The notes: a model not told the origin generated them from the letters alone. DNA of 64,000 bases from an uncultured Verrucomicrobiota bacterium (GCA_964389025.1 CAYMCQ010000006.1:2340-66339); one strand, 5' to 3'; numbered from the stretch's first letter, positions 1 to 9,135 are shown. Numbers and translations: made by a program.

Positions 1-3
1 GCC

Positions 4-1119
4 ATGACCATCAGCCTCAAAGAGGCAAGCGAATGGACTGATGTCCTGGCTGAAGCCTGGGAAGGACTGGAACGTCCGCCGCATGGCCTATCTGAGCCAG
101 CGGCACGCCTGCTGGAGTGGGCGCGTCAGGAGAAGAACCAGAAGCAATGGACCGACAAGTCCGCGATCGGACGACAAGCCCGGCTGCGAGGCACGAGTTG
201 GACCGCAGATTTCCTGACCCATCATCTCAAAGAGATTCAACGCAAAGCGAACGCCAGAATTTGTTTCGAAGAAAAGGACGGCGATTTTCGGCTCTGGTTT
301 GAGCAGCCGAAGCCCACGCCGGGACTTCATCAGCACGGCCCACTCAATCCGGTGCTGACGATTGATTTCAAGGAGGTGGTTTACGCGAACCTCGATCAAT
401 TCCGCGAAATCCTTTACGACTGGATTCTGAGCGCCCAGCTTTCTGCCGACAGCGCGGACATGCTCATCTGGCGCATTCACGACCGCGCTACCCTGCACCG
501 ATGCTTTCCGGCGTGGCAAAGCCAGAACTGGGAGGCATCCACACTGTATGGATTCCTCGGCGAAGTCGGTTTGGATCACGGGCTGTTGTGGGGCTATTCC
601 TTCAAAGATCCAGACCCGTGGGAATATCTTTGCCGTCCGAAAGATGGGCTGACGTGGGAAAATGTGGCGTCTTCGATTCGTGCCGCCCGGAGTCTTCCTC
701 CAATGCATGAACGATACGGAATTTCGGTGGAGTCGGCAGCCCTGGTGAAATGGTTCACCACCTTGCGGCAAAAAGAGTGGCTTGGCGCTCTCACGCCACC
801 CGTGGAAGATCATCTGCAGAAGCGCATTGGCATCTCCGCCCAACATTGGGATCGCGACAACTTCGGCGTTTACCTCTCAATGCTTGCCGAGGAAATCACC
901 GAGAAGACCGAGTGGAAGGTCAGCGTTCATGCGTGGAAAGGTGGATGGGGCGGAGCTGCTCACCGCCTGCTGGTGAAACGCAAGTCGACGGATGTGGATG
1001 ACATCACGCGTCGCATTCAACTATTGGGAATCGAAAAGGGCAAACTGCTTCGACCCGAAGCAGTCAAGGAGATGCTCGATTCGTTGCTCGAAGAACATCC
1101 CAAGCCGAAAGCCGACTGA
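4..1119 (+). CDS. Hypothetical protein (371 aa), first visible gene of a co-directional cluster
   Basis: Long ORF followed after 65 nt by same-strand genes. No motif recognised. Upstream context is cut by the window edge. Confidence 0.45.
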   Translation: MTISLKEASEWTDVLAEAWEGLERPPHGLSEPAARLLEWARQEKNQKQWTDKSAIGRQARLRGTSWTADFLTHHLKEIQRKANARICFEEKDGDFRLWFEQPKPTPGLHQHGPLNPVLTIDFKEVVYANLDQFREILYDWILSAQLSADSADMLIWRIHDRATLHRCFPAWQSQNWEASTLYGFLGEVGLDHGLLWGYSFKDPDPWEYLCRPKDGLTWENVASSIRAARSLPPMHERYGISVESAALVKWFTTLRQKEWLGALTPPVEDHLQKRIGISAQHWDRDNFGVYLSMLAEEITEKTEWKVSVHAWKGGWGGAAHRLLVKRKSTDVDDITRRIQLLGIEKGKLLRPEAVKEMLDSLLEEHPKPKAD

Positions 1120-1184
1120 CCGCCGCCAACCAAATTCTCCCGGCTGGCTACGCGGCGCTCTCTTCGCCTATCCTGCAACGACAA

Positions 1185-2105
1185 ATGTCGCACCAGCCCG
1201 ACAACATTTTTTCAGGGACACAAGTCGTGTCCTTGGTCGAAGTGCGCGGGACGAATAATTCCCTCGTGCATCCGCGCGGCGCGGTCGGTGTCGTCACTCG
1301 CACGCCAACCGGCGATCAGAGTCAATTTCTCGTCCGTTTCCCCGACGGCTTCGAAGCGTCGCTCACCCGCGAGCAACTGGACGTCCTGAAACACTTCAAA
1401 GATCGGTTGCCAGGCGCGGAATCGGCCACGCCTGATTTTGATTTGGAGAAGTTGGTGATTTACCGCTGCGTCGTCGGCTCGCGCGCGTATGGGCTGGACA
1501 ACGACGACTCCGACACCGACCGCCGTGGCATTTACCTCGCGCCCGCCGAGCTGCAATGGTCGCTCTTCGGCGCGCCGGAACAATTCGAGGACAACGCCAC
1601 GCAAAGCTGCTACTGGGAATTGCAGAAATTCCTGGTCATGGCGCTCAAGGCGAACCCGAACATCCTGGAATGTCTTTACTCGCTGCTGGTCGAGAAGGTC
1701 ACGCCGCTCGGTGAAGAACTGGTGTCCATTCGTGGCGCGTTCCTCAGCCAGATGATCTTCCAGACCTTCAACGGCTACGCCATGTCGCAGTTCAAAAAGA
1801 TCGAGCAGGACATTCGCAATTCCGGGCAGATCAAGTGGAAACACGCCATGCATTTGCTGCGCTTGCTGCTCACCGGCGCGGCCACGTTGCGCGACGCCTG
1901 CGTGCCCGTGCGCGTCGAGGCGCACCGCGACCGCTTGCTCGCCGTCAAACGCGGCGAACTGCCGTGGGCCGAAGTGGACGCTTGGCGCAAGGAACTGCAC
2001 CGCGATTTCGAACACGCCCTGGCTGAAACGAAGCTGCCTGAACGCCCCGATTACGAGAAAGCCAACGAATTCCTGATCAAAGCCAGACGGCAAATGGTGA
2101 AATGA
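1185..2105 (+). CDS. Pol-beta superfamily nucleotidyltransferase (PF10127/RlaP-like) with an N-terminal extension of about 85 aa
   Basis: Motif GSRAYGL-x5-SDTDRRG (G[SG]...D.D) is followed by ELQKFLVMALKANPNILECLYS. Paralog of 6646..7419. Confidence 0.7.
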   Translation: MSHQPDNIFSGTQVVSLVEVRGTNNSLVHPRGAVGVVTRTPTGDQSQFLVRFPDGFEASLTREQLDVLKHFKDRLPGAESATPDFDLEKLVIYRCVVGSRAYGLDNDDSDTDRRGIYLAPAELQWSLFGAPEQFEDNATQSCYWELQKFLVMALKANPNILECLYSLLVEKVTPLGEELVSIRGAFLSQMIFQTFNGYAMSQFKKIEQDIRNSGQIKWKHAMHLLRLLLTGAATLRDACVPVRVEAHRDRLLAVKRGELPWAEVDAWRKELHRDFEHALAETKLPERPDYEKANEFLIKARRQMVK

Positions 2106-2231
2106 ACTCCTGCACTCGCCCCAACTACGACTTGCCGCACCGAAGCAAAGCGAAGGCGGGAGCGGCGAATCGCTTCCTCATCAAAGCACGCAGGGAACAG
2201 GTGGAACGCTAGAGGACACGTTTGAGAAGAG

Positions 2232-5200
2232 ATGAGCGAAGAAGAAAACTACAAAGCTTACGTTCAGCAAATGCTCCTTCCTGTAAAGAACGCTATCAGT
2301 GCGTTCGACCGTATGGAATTGCTCAAGAGCGCTGGCGGTCTTCAGTTGATACCGGAAAATGCAACTCACCAGATCAGGCTTGAAGCGCTCGCACATATCG
2401 CGGCTTCGCTGCCCAACTCAAAAACTGGTGTCGTACCAACAGTTCATCGCCTTCGTACCGTGCTGAATAGTGGGCCGCTTGAGGGCCAGCCAATTGGAAC
2501 ATCTGAAGATCCTTGTGATAATCCGTTCACCGAAGAAATAACCTTCTACGGAGGCTCTTTTCTGACAATCCCTGGCAGAGGAGAGGAGACCATTTTCATT
2601 GTCCGGCAACTCGCGTCGGCGCTTTTCTTGCATCCCAACCCGATCCAGCACAAGGAATTCATGGCGGCGTCAAGGGCAGTGTTGGGCGCTGCCCTTGTTC
2701 TAGCAGATGCGGTAACACGCAAAGCGGGACTCCATCGAGGAATGGCCCCGGTTTTCCATCGAGATGCCAAGGTTCCAGCTTCCCAAGAACTCGAACGTTT
2801 GAAAAACGCAGTGTATTTTTCTAATTCGGAACTGAATACGGTTTTCTCATCGAAAGGCTACAATCTTGCGGGCCTTGCGCCACTTGTCTGCCCAACGCAG
2901 ACCGATACTCTTGGCAGTTACAGAATTGACAATGGATCACTACTAATCCGGCCTGTGATCTCGAACGAACGCGGGGCGGTTGTAACCATTCCTGGCGGGC
3001 TAATGGCAGCGGCCATCAACGCAGTCATTTCGTTCGCGCAGCAATTCGGCGTTGCTTCTGAACTCGCAGAAAAGTTCGCTGACATGACTTGGCATTCGAT
3101 TCAAGAATCCCTTCGGCGATTGGACAGTCACCCGATCTCCGTTAGGCTGCCGCCAGCGCCAGAAGTTTTGTGCTTCCAGGACGCACTCTTTTCGTTAGAC
3201 ACGGATAAGGTGACCTATGTGCTTTCAATCTGTGATCCGTTGGAGGGTTATGATGCAGGGGTCTTCGTACAAGACTGGAAGATTCCCAGCCTAAATGCGC
3301 TTATCAAGCAGCGGACGTCTGAAATCGCGACCTTTGTTTCATCTTGGCCGAAACCTCCGAACGACATTCTTTGCCTGATCATTCCCCAAAGTCCGGGACG
3401 CTCCTTTCTGATGGGTTTCAATCGAGAAGAAATCCCCTCTTGCGGACCAATGCTGTCCCTGACCGCAGCCGATCTCGACACGCTGACGCAGCTGGACGAC
3501 AACGAGCCCTTAAAGCTCTGGAAATTTGCCGGCGCGCACCGGAAGGTCGCTGATCGCGTCGAAAGAATGATCTCCACTGGTGTGCTGAATGAATACGCGG
3601 TGTACAAGCAACGCGACCACAGTTTCTATTTCTCCGACGAGGCGCGGCCAACCCTTATGGTCTTTCCTCCTGGAAGCGCTGGAGACTTGCGACGAGAAGC
3701 TGCAAATAGCGTTGATTTGCATGGGGTGCTTTCATACGACACCCCGGGGGCCGTGGTGGACGTTGGGACTTTGTTTGGGGCGCGCGATATTCCTTTGTAT
3801 GTCGAACTTCGAAATGCTGGCCGAAGACCAGTTCTTCTGGTAGAGGCATATGACCTACCTGTGTGGGTTGTCGGCCCAGCTCCCAATGAAAAAGAAGAGT
3901 TTCCGATGTTCAGTGAACATGCCCGGTTCGTTGACGCGCTTGCATACTGGTTTTGGCAGATTGCCCCTTCTCTCTCGGAGATGATTTCTTCGGACTCCCT
4001 ATCGCTCGACCAACTTGTAGTCCACGTGAAGCTTATGCTGCACGAAAGTTGGGAGCATGTTGACGTGCAGTTCCCGAATCCCAATCTGCCGCCTGTGACT
4101 GTCACAAATGCCGATGATTCGCTCGATGTACTGATTCATCCCCATATCAGCACCCTCCTTCGTCGAGGTGACAATGCGGGTGAACGCGTGATCGTCGAAA
4201 GCACTCTTCGTGGACTCCGTGAGCTCCTCCCGGCTGGCTCTGCAAAGCTGTCCGACCCAGTCATTCAGGCAATCCTTGATAAGCACGCACCGCTTGGCCT
4301 AAAGAAGCGATTGTTCGCGCTGACTTCTGAAACTGCACCGATACAAAGGTCTGATGGCTTGCCGGATGTCCGTCCACTCCAAGAGGCAGATGAGCAGGAA
4401 GTATTGGACGATCTTGGCGATATGCTGATCGAAACCGATAGGTTAAGCACAGGAAACATTCCGCGTGAAAAACAGAATTCGGTAGCCAACCGTGCAGTTG
4501 CACTCTTGTATGGCGAATTTGAACGAATCATCGCAAACCTCAACGCCGACCACCTACTTGAGTGGCTAATTGCTCACCACGAGCGCTTGCTCGTCGCTCA
4601 AGATTACCACGAGATGAATCTCCCAACTCGACTTGCATGCTTCGGTCCAAAATCAAAGGCATTAGATGACTTCTTGGGCGGCGAACCGAGGCGGGCGGCA
4701 ACAGCAACGGCAGCCCGCTTCGTAATCGAGTATGTTGCCGTGCGCCCGCCATTTGGGGATCGCCCCATAAGCTTAGGCGTCTATGACCGTCTCCAAGCAC
4801 TCGCATCGCACATCATCAATTTGGGCTTCGTCAGTGATCTGATTCGATATGAGCTTTCAAGCGTGGAAGTCACAATTCTCCCGTCCCGACGCATTGCATT
4901 CACCAAGAAGGAATACGACAATGCCATCGGGTTCTTTCAGAGCGCCACCGCCCCGGACAAAATCTCGGCTGCGCATGAGTTGTTTTCCAAACGCTTTGAC
5001 ACGGCAACGTCTCAAACGCCGACTAAGCAAAACGAGTTGTTCGCTGAACTGAACGAAGCGCTAAAGGCGGAGTGCGGATTTAGCTTTGATGAAGTCATCG
5101 ATTTTTGCTCCTGTGCCTCAGCACTGGGATGGGAGCGAAGCACCTCGGGAGTCGTTGCAATTGAAACGGGTGACTTCACGCGTGTTATTTCGTCACGGCT

Positions 5201-5963
5201 CAACTGGCCTGTGAATCGGGTTCAGGACTGCGTCGATTTGCTTTCATTGAAACGGCGCGAACATTTTTTACAACCAGAACATCCCTTCACCAAAGAAGAT
5301 GTTTATCCCTGGCGCTACAATCGTCCATTGGCGTATTTGCGTCGGCCATTTTTGCGCCGGCAAATTGGCAATGGCGAACAACTCGTGTGGGGCTCGCGAC
5401 AAGTTTTGACCTCGATGGATTTCTTGGCACACCTATGTTCGTCCGGACGCTTCAGAGCCAAGACTCTTGCCATGAAGCAATTCCTATCGAAATTGAATAA
5501 CCAACGAGGAGGGCGTTTTAATAAAACGGTTGGAGCATACTTCAAACAATCCTCGCGCTTCAAGGTGAAGGAAAATGTGAAGAAGATTTCCGGCCTCGTT
5601 GGACTACGTGAGATTGGCGAGATCGACGTCTTATTTGCGGACACAAAGGAGTTTCACCTCTGCGTTTGCGAATGCAAGGATCTCGCCGCTGCGCGAACGC
5701 CACACGAACTCGCACTGGAATTGGATAGTCTGTTCGTTGGGGTCGGTGGTAAAGAGGCCATAATTGCGAAATTGGCGCGCAAAGAAAAATGGGTTTCTTC
5801 TCACTTGGAGCACGTTTTGAAATGGATGGGAGTCGAGAAATCCGAACAGAAGTGGAACTGCCAAGCGGTCGTGGTTGCTGATCGCGAGATGATCACGCCG
5901 CAGCTGCGTCGATCCGGCATCCGCATCCTTTCATTCAAGGAATTGAAGAAAATCTACGAGTAA
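2232..5963 (+). CDS. Large orphan protein (1243 aa) with C-terminal PD-(D/E)xK/NERD-like nuclease motif
   Basis: Uninterrupted 3.7-kb ORF, visibly AT-richer than the flanking NTase genes. No Walker or helicase motif found by eye. C-terminus reads GEIDVLFAD...HLCVCECKDL (D..E.K). Its stop is 1 nt from the ATG of the NTase fragment. Confidence 0.6.
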   Translation: MSEEENYKAYVQQMLLPVKNAISAFDRMELLKSAGGLQLIPENATHQIRLEALAHIAASLPNSKTGVVPTVHRLRTVLNSGPLEGQPIGTSEDPCDNPFTEEITFYGGSFLTIPGRGEETIFIVRQLASALFLHPNPIQHKEFMAASRAVLGAALVLADAVTRKAGLHRGMAPVFHRDAKVPASQELERLKNAVYFSNSELNTVFSSKGYNLAGLAPLVCPTQTDTLGSYRIDNGSLLIRPVISNERGAVVTIPGGLMAAAINAVISFAQQFGVASELAEKFADMTWHSIQESLRRLDSHPISVRLPPAPEVLCFQDALFSLDTDKVTYVLSICDPLEGYDAGVFVQDWKIPSLNALIKQRTSEIATFVSSWPKPPNDILCLIIPQSPGRSFLMGFNREEIPSCGPMLSLTAADLDTLTQLDDNEPLKLWKFAGAHRKVADRVERMISTGVLNEYAVYKQRDHSFYFSDEARPTLMVFPPGSAGDLRREAANSVDLHGVLSYDTPGAVVDVGTLFGARDIPLYVELRNAGRRPVLLVEAYDLPVWVVGPAPNEKEEFPMFSEHARFVDALAYWFWQIAPSLSEMISSDSLSLDQLVVHVKLMLHESWEHVDVQFPNPNLPPVTVTNADDSLDVLIHPHISTLLRRGDNAGERVIVESTLRGLRELLPAGSAKLSDPVIQAILDKHAPLGLKKRLFALTSETAPIQRSDGLPDVRPLQEADEQEVLDDLGDMLIETDRLSTGNIPREKQNSVANRAVALLYGEFERIIANLNADHLLEWLIAHHERLLVAQDYHEMNLPTRLACFGPKSKALDDFLGGEPRRAATATAARFVIEYVAVRPPFGDRPISLGVYDRLQALASHIINLGFVSDLIRYELSSVEVTILPSRRIAFTKKEYDNAIGFFQSATAPDKISAAHELFSKRFDTATSQTPTKQNELFAELNEALKAECGFSFDEVIDFCSCASALGWERSTSGVVAIETGDFTRVISSRLNWPVNRVQDCVDLLSLKRREHFLQPEHPFTKEDVYPWRYNRPLAYLRRPFLRRQIGNGEQLVWGSRQVLTSMDFLAHLCSSGRFRAKTLAMKQFLSKLNNQRGGRFNKTVGAYFKQSSRFKVKENVKKISGLVGLREIGEIDVLFADTKEFHLCVCECKDLAAARTPHELALELDSLFVGVGGKEAIIAKLARKEKWVSSHLEHVLKWMGVEKSEQKWNCQAVVVADREMITPQLRRSGIRILSFKELKKIYE

Positions 5964-5964
5964 T

Positions 5965-6069
5965 ATGACCATTCACCCACGCCTTCACCGTATCGTCGCG
6001 GCGCAGCCATATCCGTTGTTGTTCGCCACCATCAGCGGCGCGCCTGCAACGGCAGGGCAGATGCAATGA
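5965..6069 (+). pseudogene. 5' fragment (first ~26 codons) of the 6646..7419 nucleotidyltransferase gene
   Basis: MTIHPRLHRIVAAQPYPLLFATISGA matches MTIDPLLHRIVAAQPYPLLFATISGA. About 79 nt align with about 7 mismatches, then the sequences diverge and a stop follows at 6067. Confidence 0.75.
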
Positions 6070-6076
6070 TTTTCAA

Positions 6077-6613
6077 ATGAATACTCCTCCACTTCACAAG
6101 AAACTAACTATAGATGATGTCGTTGGGCTCGGTCATGCACTCATGGAGGTTGCCTATTGGTACCCGACAAGATTCCTCACAGAGCGAGACTTCTTTCCTC
6201 TAGTGATGGCGTATCTATCCGGTCGCATCCCATATCTGAATAGGGAGGTTGCCGCAACGGAGGGAGTCGTTGACTTTCGGATTGGTGGAAATAATCCGAC
6301 TTGGCTTGAGTTGGCAGTTCAACCGCGCCAACTCATCGATGTGAACAATAAAACACTTCGCTTTCCTGGGCACTCCGCAGTCAACTCCCTTTATGCGGGC
6401 CAGAACAAAACCGAACTTGGCAAGTTGATGAAACAACCGACTGGAACAACTCGATTCTTGCTGCTCTTGGATTTGACCGGCAGATACGATTTGAAGGCAT
6501 TGGTGGCCGGTTACAAACAATTGGGAAAGTCGATCGGCGGCAGGTTTCCGGTACGTGTGATTTACGTCACCATAGATCCTAAGCGCACCATTCATTTCCT
6601 GGTGGGGTGCTGA
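6077..6613 (+). CDS. Hypothetical 178-aa protein, cassette-like insertion; possible restriction-endonuclease-like fold
   Basis: AT-richer ORF bracketed by the duplicated NTase 5' end. VDFRIGG...WLELAVQ resembles a D...E.. nuclease core, but the match is weak. Confidence 0.5.
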   Translation: MNTPPLHKKLTIDDVVGLGHALMEVAYWYPTRFLTERDFFPLVMAYLSGRIPYLNREVAATEGVVDFRIGGNNPTWLELAVQPRQLIDVNNKTLRFPGHSAVNSLYAGQNKTELGKLMKQPTGTTRFLLLLDLTGRYDLKALVAGYKQLGKSIGGRFPVRVIYVTIDPKRTIHFLVGC

Positions 6614-6645
6614 GGGGCTTCCTTCAAACGCCACGAGCTCCAGTC

Positions 6646-7419
6646 ATGACTATTGACCCACTCCTTCACCGCATCGTCGCGGCGCAGCCGTATCCGCTTT
6701 TGTTCGCCACCATCAGCGGCGCGCACCTTTACGGGTTTCCGTCGCCGGACTCAGACTTCGACCTGCGCGGCGCGCATGTGTTGCCGTTCAAAAAGGTCGT
6801 CGGCTTGGAGGTCCGCGATGAAACGGTCCAGGACTCACGCGTCATCGAAGGGCTGGAGATGGACATCGTGAGCCATGACGTGCGGAAGTTCTTCAGCCTG
6901 CTGCTCAAAAAGAACGGTTACGTGCTGGAACAGCTTTTTTCGCCGCTCGTCGTCCACACGACGCCGGAGCATTCGGAATTGAAAACCATTGGGCGCAACT
7001 GCATCACGAAACATCACTCGCATCACTACTTTGGGTTCGCCGAGACGCAGTGGAAGCTGTTCGACAAGGAACGCCCGCGCCGGGTGAAGCCATTGCTCTA
7101 CGTCTATCGCGTTCTGCTCACCGGCATTCACCTGATGCGCACCGGCGAAGTGGAGGCACACCTCGTCACGTTGAACAAAGAACTCCGGCTGCCATACATC
7201 AGTGACCTTGTGGCGAGCAAGCAATCTGGCGAGAACACGACGCTCGCGGACGCTGACGTGGCGTTTCATCAGCGCGAATACGAACGGCTGCGCGCCGAGT
7301 TGCAGACCGCTTACGACGCAAGCCGTTTGCCCGAACTGCCGAGCGAGCAAACGCGCGATGCGCTGAACGATCTCCTGTTACGCGTCCGCCTGAATTCCAA
7401 AACAGATCGAAATCCATGA
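6646..7419 (+). CDS. Pol-beta superfamily nucleotidyltransferase (PF10127/RlaP-like)
   Basis: GAHLYGFPSPDSDFDLRG NTase motif. ATG at 6646 is preferred over the ORF-track start at 6607 because the duplicated fragment at 5965 keeps the same ATG. Confidence 0.75.
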   Translation: MTIDPLLHRIVAAQPYPLLFATISGAHLYGFPSPDSDFDLRGAHVLPFKKVVGLEVRDETVQDSRVIEGLEMDIVSHDVRKFFSLLLKKNGYVLEQLFSPLVVHTTPEHSELKTIGRNCITKHHSHHYFGFAETQWKLFDKERPRRVKPLLYVYRVLLTGIHLMRTGEVEAHLVTLNKELRLPYISDLVASKQSGENTTLADADVAFHQREYERLRAELQTAYDASRLPELPSEQTRDALNDLLLRVRLNSKTDRNP

Positions 7420-7931
7420 GTTTTGTAATCGTTGATGTCGAAGCTGACGGCCCAATTCCCGCGGAGTTTTCCATGGTGTGCTTCGGTGCGGTCCTCTTCG
7501 ACGACAAGCTGGACAAATCATTTTATGGCCGGACGCGCCCGATTTCAGATCGCTTCGTTCCTGAGGCCCTCGCGGTCAGCGGTTTCCCCCGCGAAGAGCA
7601 CCTGACATTTGATGACCCGAAAACTGTCATGGAAGCATTCGCCGCATGGCTGGACCAGCACTCCAAGGGTCGCGCGATTTTTGTCTCGGATAATCTGGCG
7701 TTCGACTGGCAGTTCATCAATTACTACTTTCATCGTTTTCTCGGCGGCAACCCGTTCGGATTTTCCGGTCGGCGCATCGGCGACCTTTACGCCGGCCTGA
7801 TGAAGGACACGCACAAGGCGACCGAGTGGAAAAAATATCGAGTGACATGCCACACCCATAATCCAGTGGACGACGCGCGCGGCAACGCCGAAGCGTTGAT
7901 GAAGCTCAAAGAGCTGGGGCTGAAAATATGA
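7416..7931 (+). CDS. DEDDh (DnaQ/RNase T-like) 3'-5' exonuclease
   Basis: Motifs VDVEADG, SDNLAFDWQF and HNPVDDA (H-x4-D). ATGA overlap with the upstream NTase gene. Confidence 0.75.
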   Translation: MSFVIVDVEADGPIPAEFSMVCFGAVLFDDKLDKSFYGRTRPISDRFVPEALAVSGFPREEHLTFDDPKTVMEAFAAWLDQHSKGRAIFVSDNLAFDWQFINYYFHRFLGGNPFGFSGRRIGDLYAGLMKDTHKATEWKKYRVTCHTHNPVDDARGNAEALMKLKELGLKI

Positions 7932-8015
7932 CGGCGAATCTGGCCCTGCGGTCTGCTTGCAAAGACCGGAGTGTCGAAACATCAATTGGTTGAGCGGCTG
8001 TTTTCATTCGTAGCT

Positions 8016-8043
8016 GTCACAAAAACTGCCTAGTTTTTGTGAC
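8016..8043. repeat. Perfect 12-bp-stem palindrome (gtcacaaaaact/gcct/agtttttgtgac)
   Basis: Read directly from the sequence. Not followed by a T-run on either strand. Confidence 0.8.
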
Positions 8044-8127
8044 AACAACAAGCCGCGACAGCCAATTCTGAACTTCGTGAAGAGAGGCTCGTTGCCGGTA
8101 AGCAGCAACGTTCCGACTCTGTCCTTG

Positions 8128-8367
8128 GTTTGTGGTCGGCAAACAGGAAAAGTGGAGCGGTGGCGGAGAGGAGCGTCTACTGGAATGAAGCCGGAGCGCA
8201 ACGCCCGCCGCCGAGCCGCAGACGGAAGCCCGCCGCACTTGAGGTACATCGCGGATGCGCGCTCGTGACGAGCGCGCGGTTTGAGAAGCGGAGCGGGCGT
8301 GGTCGAGAGGGATACAGGGCCGACCGGCACCCCGTGCAGCAGAGCAGAACCGCGCGTTGGTCACGGC
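8128..8367 (+). repeat. Junction repeat, copy 1 (full length, ~240 nt)
   Basis: Aligns along its length with 18278..18516. Shared blocks are gccgccgagccgcagacggaagc, gctcgtgacgagcgcgcggtttg, ggtcgagaggg and gcgttggtcacggc. A 9-bp GC hairpin sits at 8257..8277. Confidence 0.8.
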
Positions 8368-8473
8368 ATAATCGGCAACGTACGCGGCGTTCCGGCTCGC
8401 ACCGCGCGCAACGAAAATCCTCGTGTGTTCCCAAGTGGTTCAACCTGCACCTGGTTTCAAAGCCCGGATAACC

Positions 8474-8944
8474 CTACTTGTTGCGAAGATGGGATGGCGT
8501 GCGTTTCGGAAACGCGTGGATTAAGGTCGCGGGATCAACGCCCGTCCAACGGCAAAGTTCGGCGTGGGTTTGTGGACCAAAGTTGCTGGGGCGTCGGCCC
8601 GGCGAAAGCAGCCCAGTTCGGAGGGCTTGGCGGACCGACTTTTTGTTAGCGGGAACATCGGATCGGCGAAGACATCGCCAAGCTCGGTAAGAAATCCCGA
8701 TGTCAGGATAAGGGGACGTATCATGATCGGGCCAAATTTGGGGCAAAGTCCCGGGGTCAACACCAGCCCAGTGACAGACTTCCCAATGCGTTTTTTTGCC
8801 GTAGTTTGGCGGCCAACAGTAGGGGTAGAGTTTCGCGGTTTTGAGGGCACGGATGATAGCCTTTTTCTTGATGGGAATGCCGACGTTCAGCAGGCAGCGG
8901 TTCGTCCTCCCGGAAAGCCCGTTTGGAAGTAATTTGGATGTCAT
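8474..8944 (-). CDS. Hypothetical protein with two tandem ~45-aa repeats
   Basis: The units KKKAIIRALKTAKLYP..NYGKKTHWEVCHWAGVDPGTL and NKKSVRQALRTGLLSP..NFGPQTHAELCRWTGVDPATL are conserved at protein level. Confidence 0.45.
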   Translation of the reverse strand: MTSKLLPNGLSGRTNRCLLNVGIPIKKKAIIRALKTAKLYPYCWPPNYGKKTHWEVCHWAGVDPGTLPQIWPDHDTSPYPDIGISYRAWRCLRRSDVPANKKSVRQALRTGLLSPGRRPSNFGPQTHAELCRWTGVDPATLIHAFPKRTPSHLRNK

Positions 8945-8946
8945 GG

Positions 8947-9135
8947 CTATTTCGCCGCCACTTCCACCAACTCCCCGAAGAGCTCCAGAATTTCGGGGCG
9001 AACCTTGCGGTGGTCTTTGGGCAGCAGTCGCCCCTTGGCGGAATCGTAGAGATACGCGTGACGAAGCAGGACGCTGTCCTTCCGGGCTTCAGCCTCCTTG
9101 TCCGCGATGGACTTCGGTTTGGTGTTGGGGTTCAT
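8947..9135 (-). CDS. Small hypothetical protein (62 aa), directly upstream of 8474..8944
   Basis: Its stop is 2 nt from the next gene's start. No motif recognised. Confidence 0.35.
   Translation of the reverse strand: MNPNTKPKSIADKEAEARKDSVLLRHAYLYDSAKGRLLPKDHRKVRPEILELFGELVEVAAK

Noticed and set aside
1212-2093. 293-aa minus-strand ORF opposite the first NTase gene. Similar antisense ORFs: 88..846, 8841..9899, 10033..10575, 32821..33735, 36605..37459, 47886..48533, 48083..48967, 49741..50430, 50892..51575, 55100..56197
   Set aside because: Each overlaps a motif-bearing gene on the other strand, and none shows a recognisable domain. All are treated as shadow ORFs.
8004-8364. ORFs across the junction repeats (8004..8330, 8017..8364, 11143..11358, 18199..18531) sharing VTNARF / RPRARHERASA peptides
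   Set aside because: The shared peptides come from translating the same DNA repeat. The ORFs differ in length and frame context, contain Arg/Ala-rich junk and have no start-site support.
8128-8367. Idea that the junction repeat is a group II intron or retron remnant (GTGCG-like string, GC hairpins)
   Set aside because: There is no reverse-transcriptase ORF nearby. No convincing domain V (AGC triad plus GNRA hairpin) could be folded, and the copies lack intron-like boundaries. It is left as an unclassified repeat.
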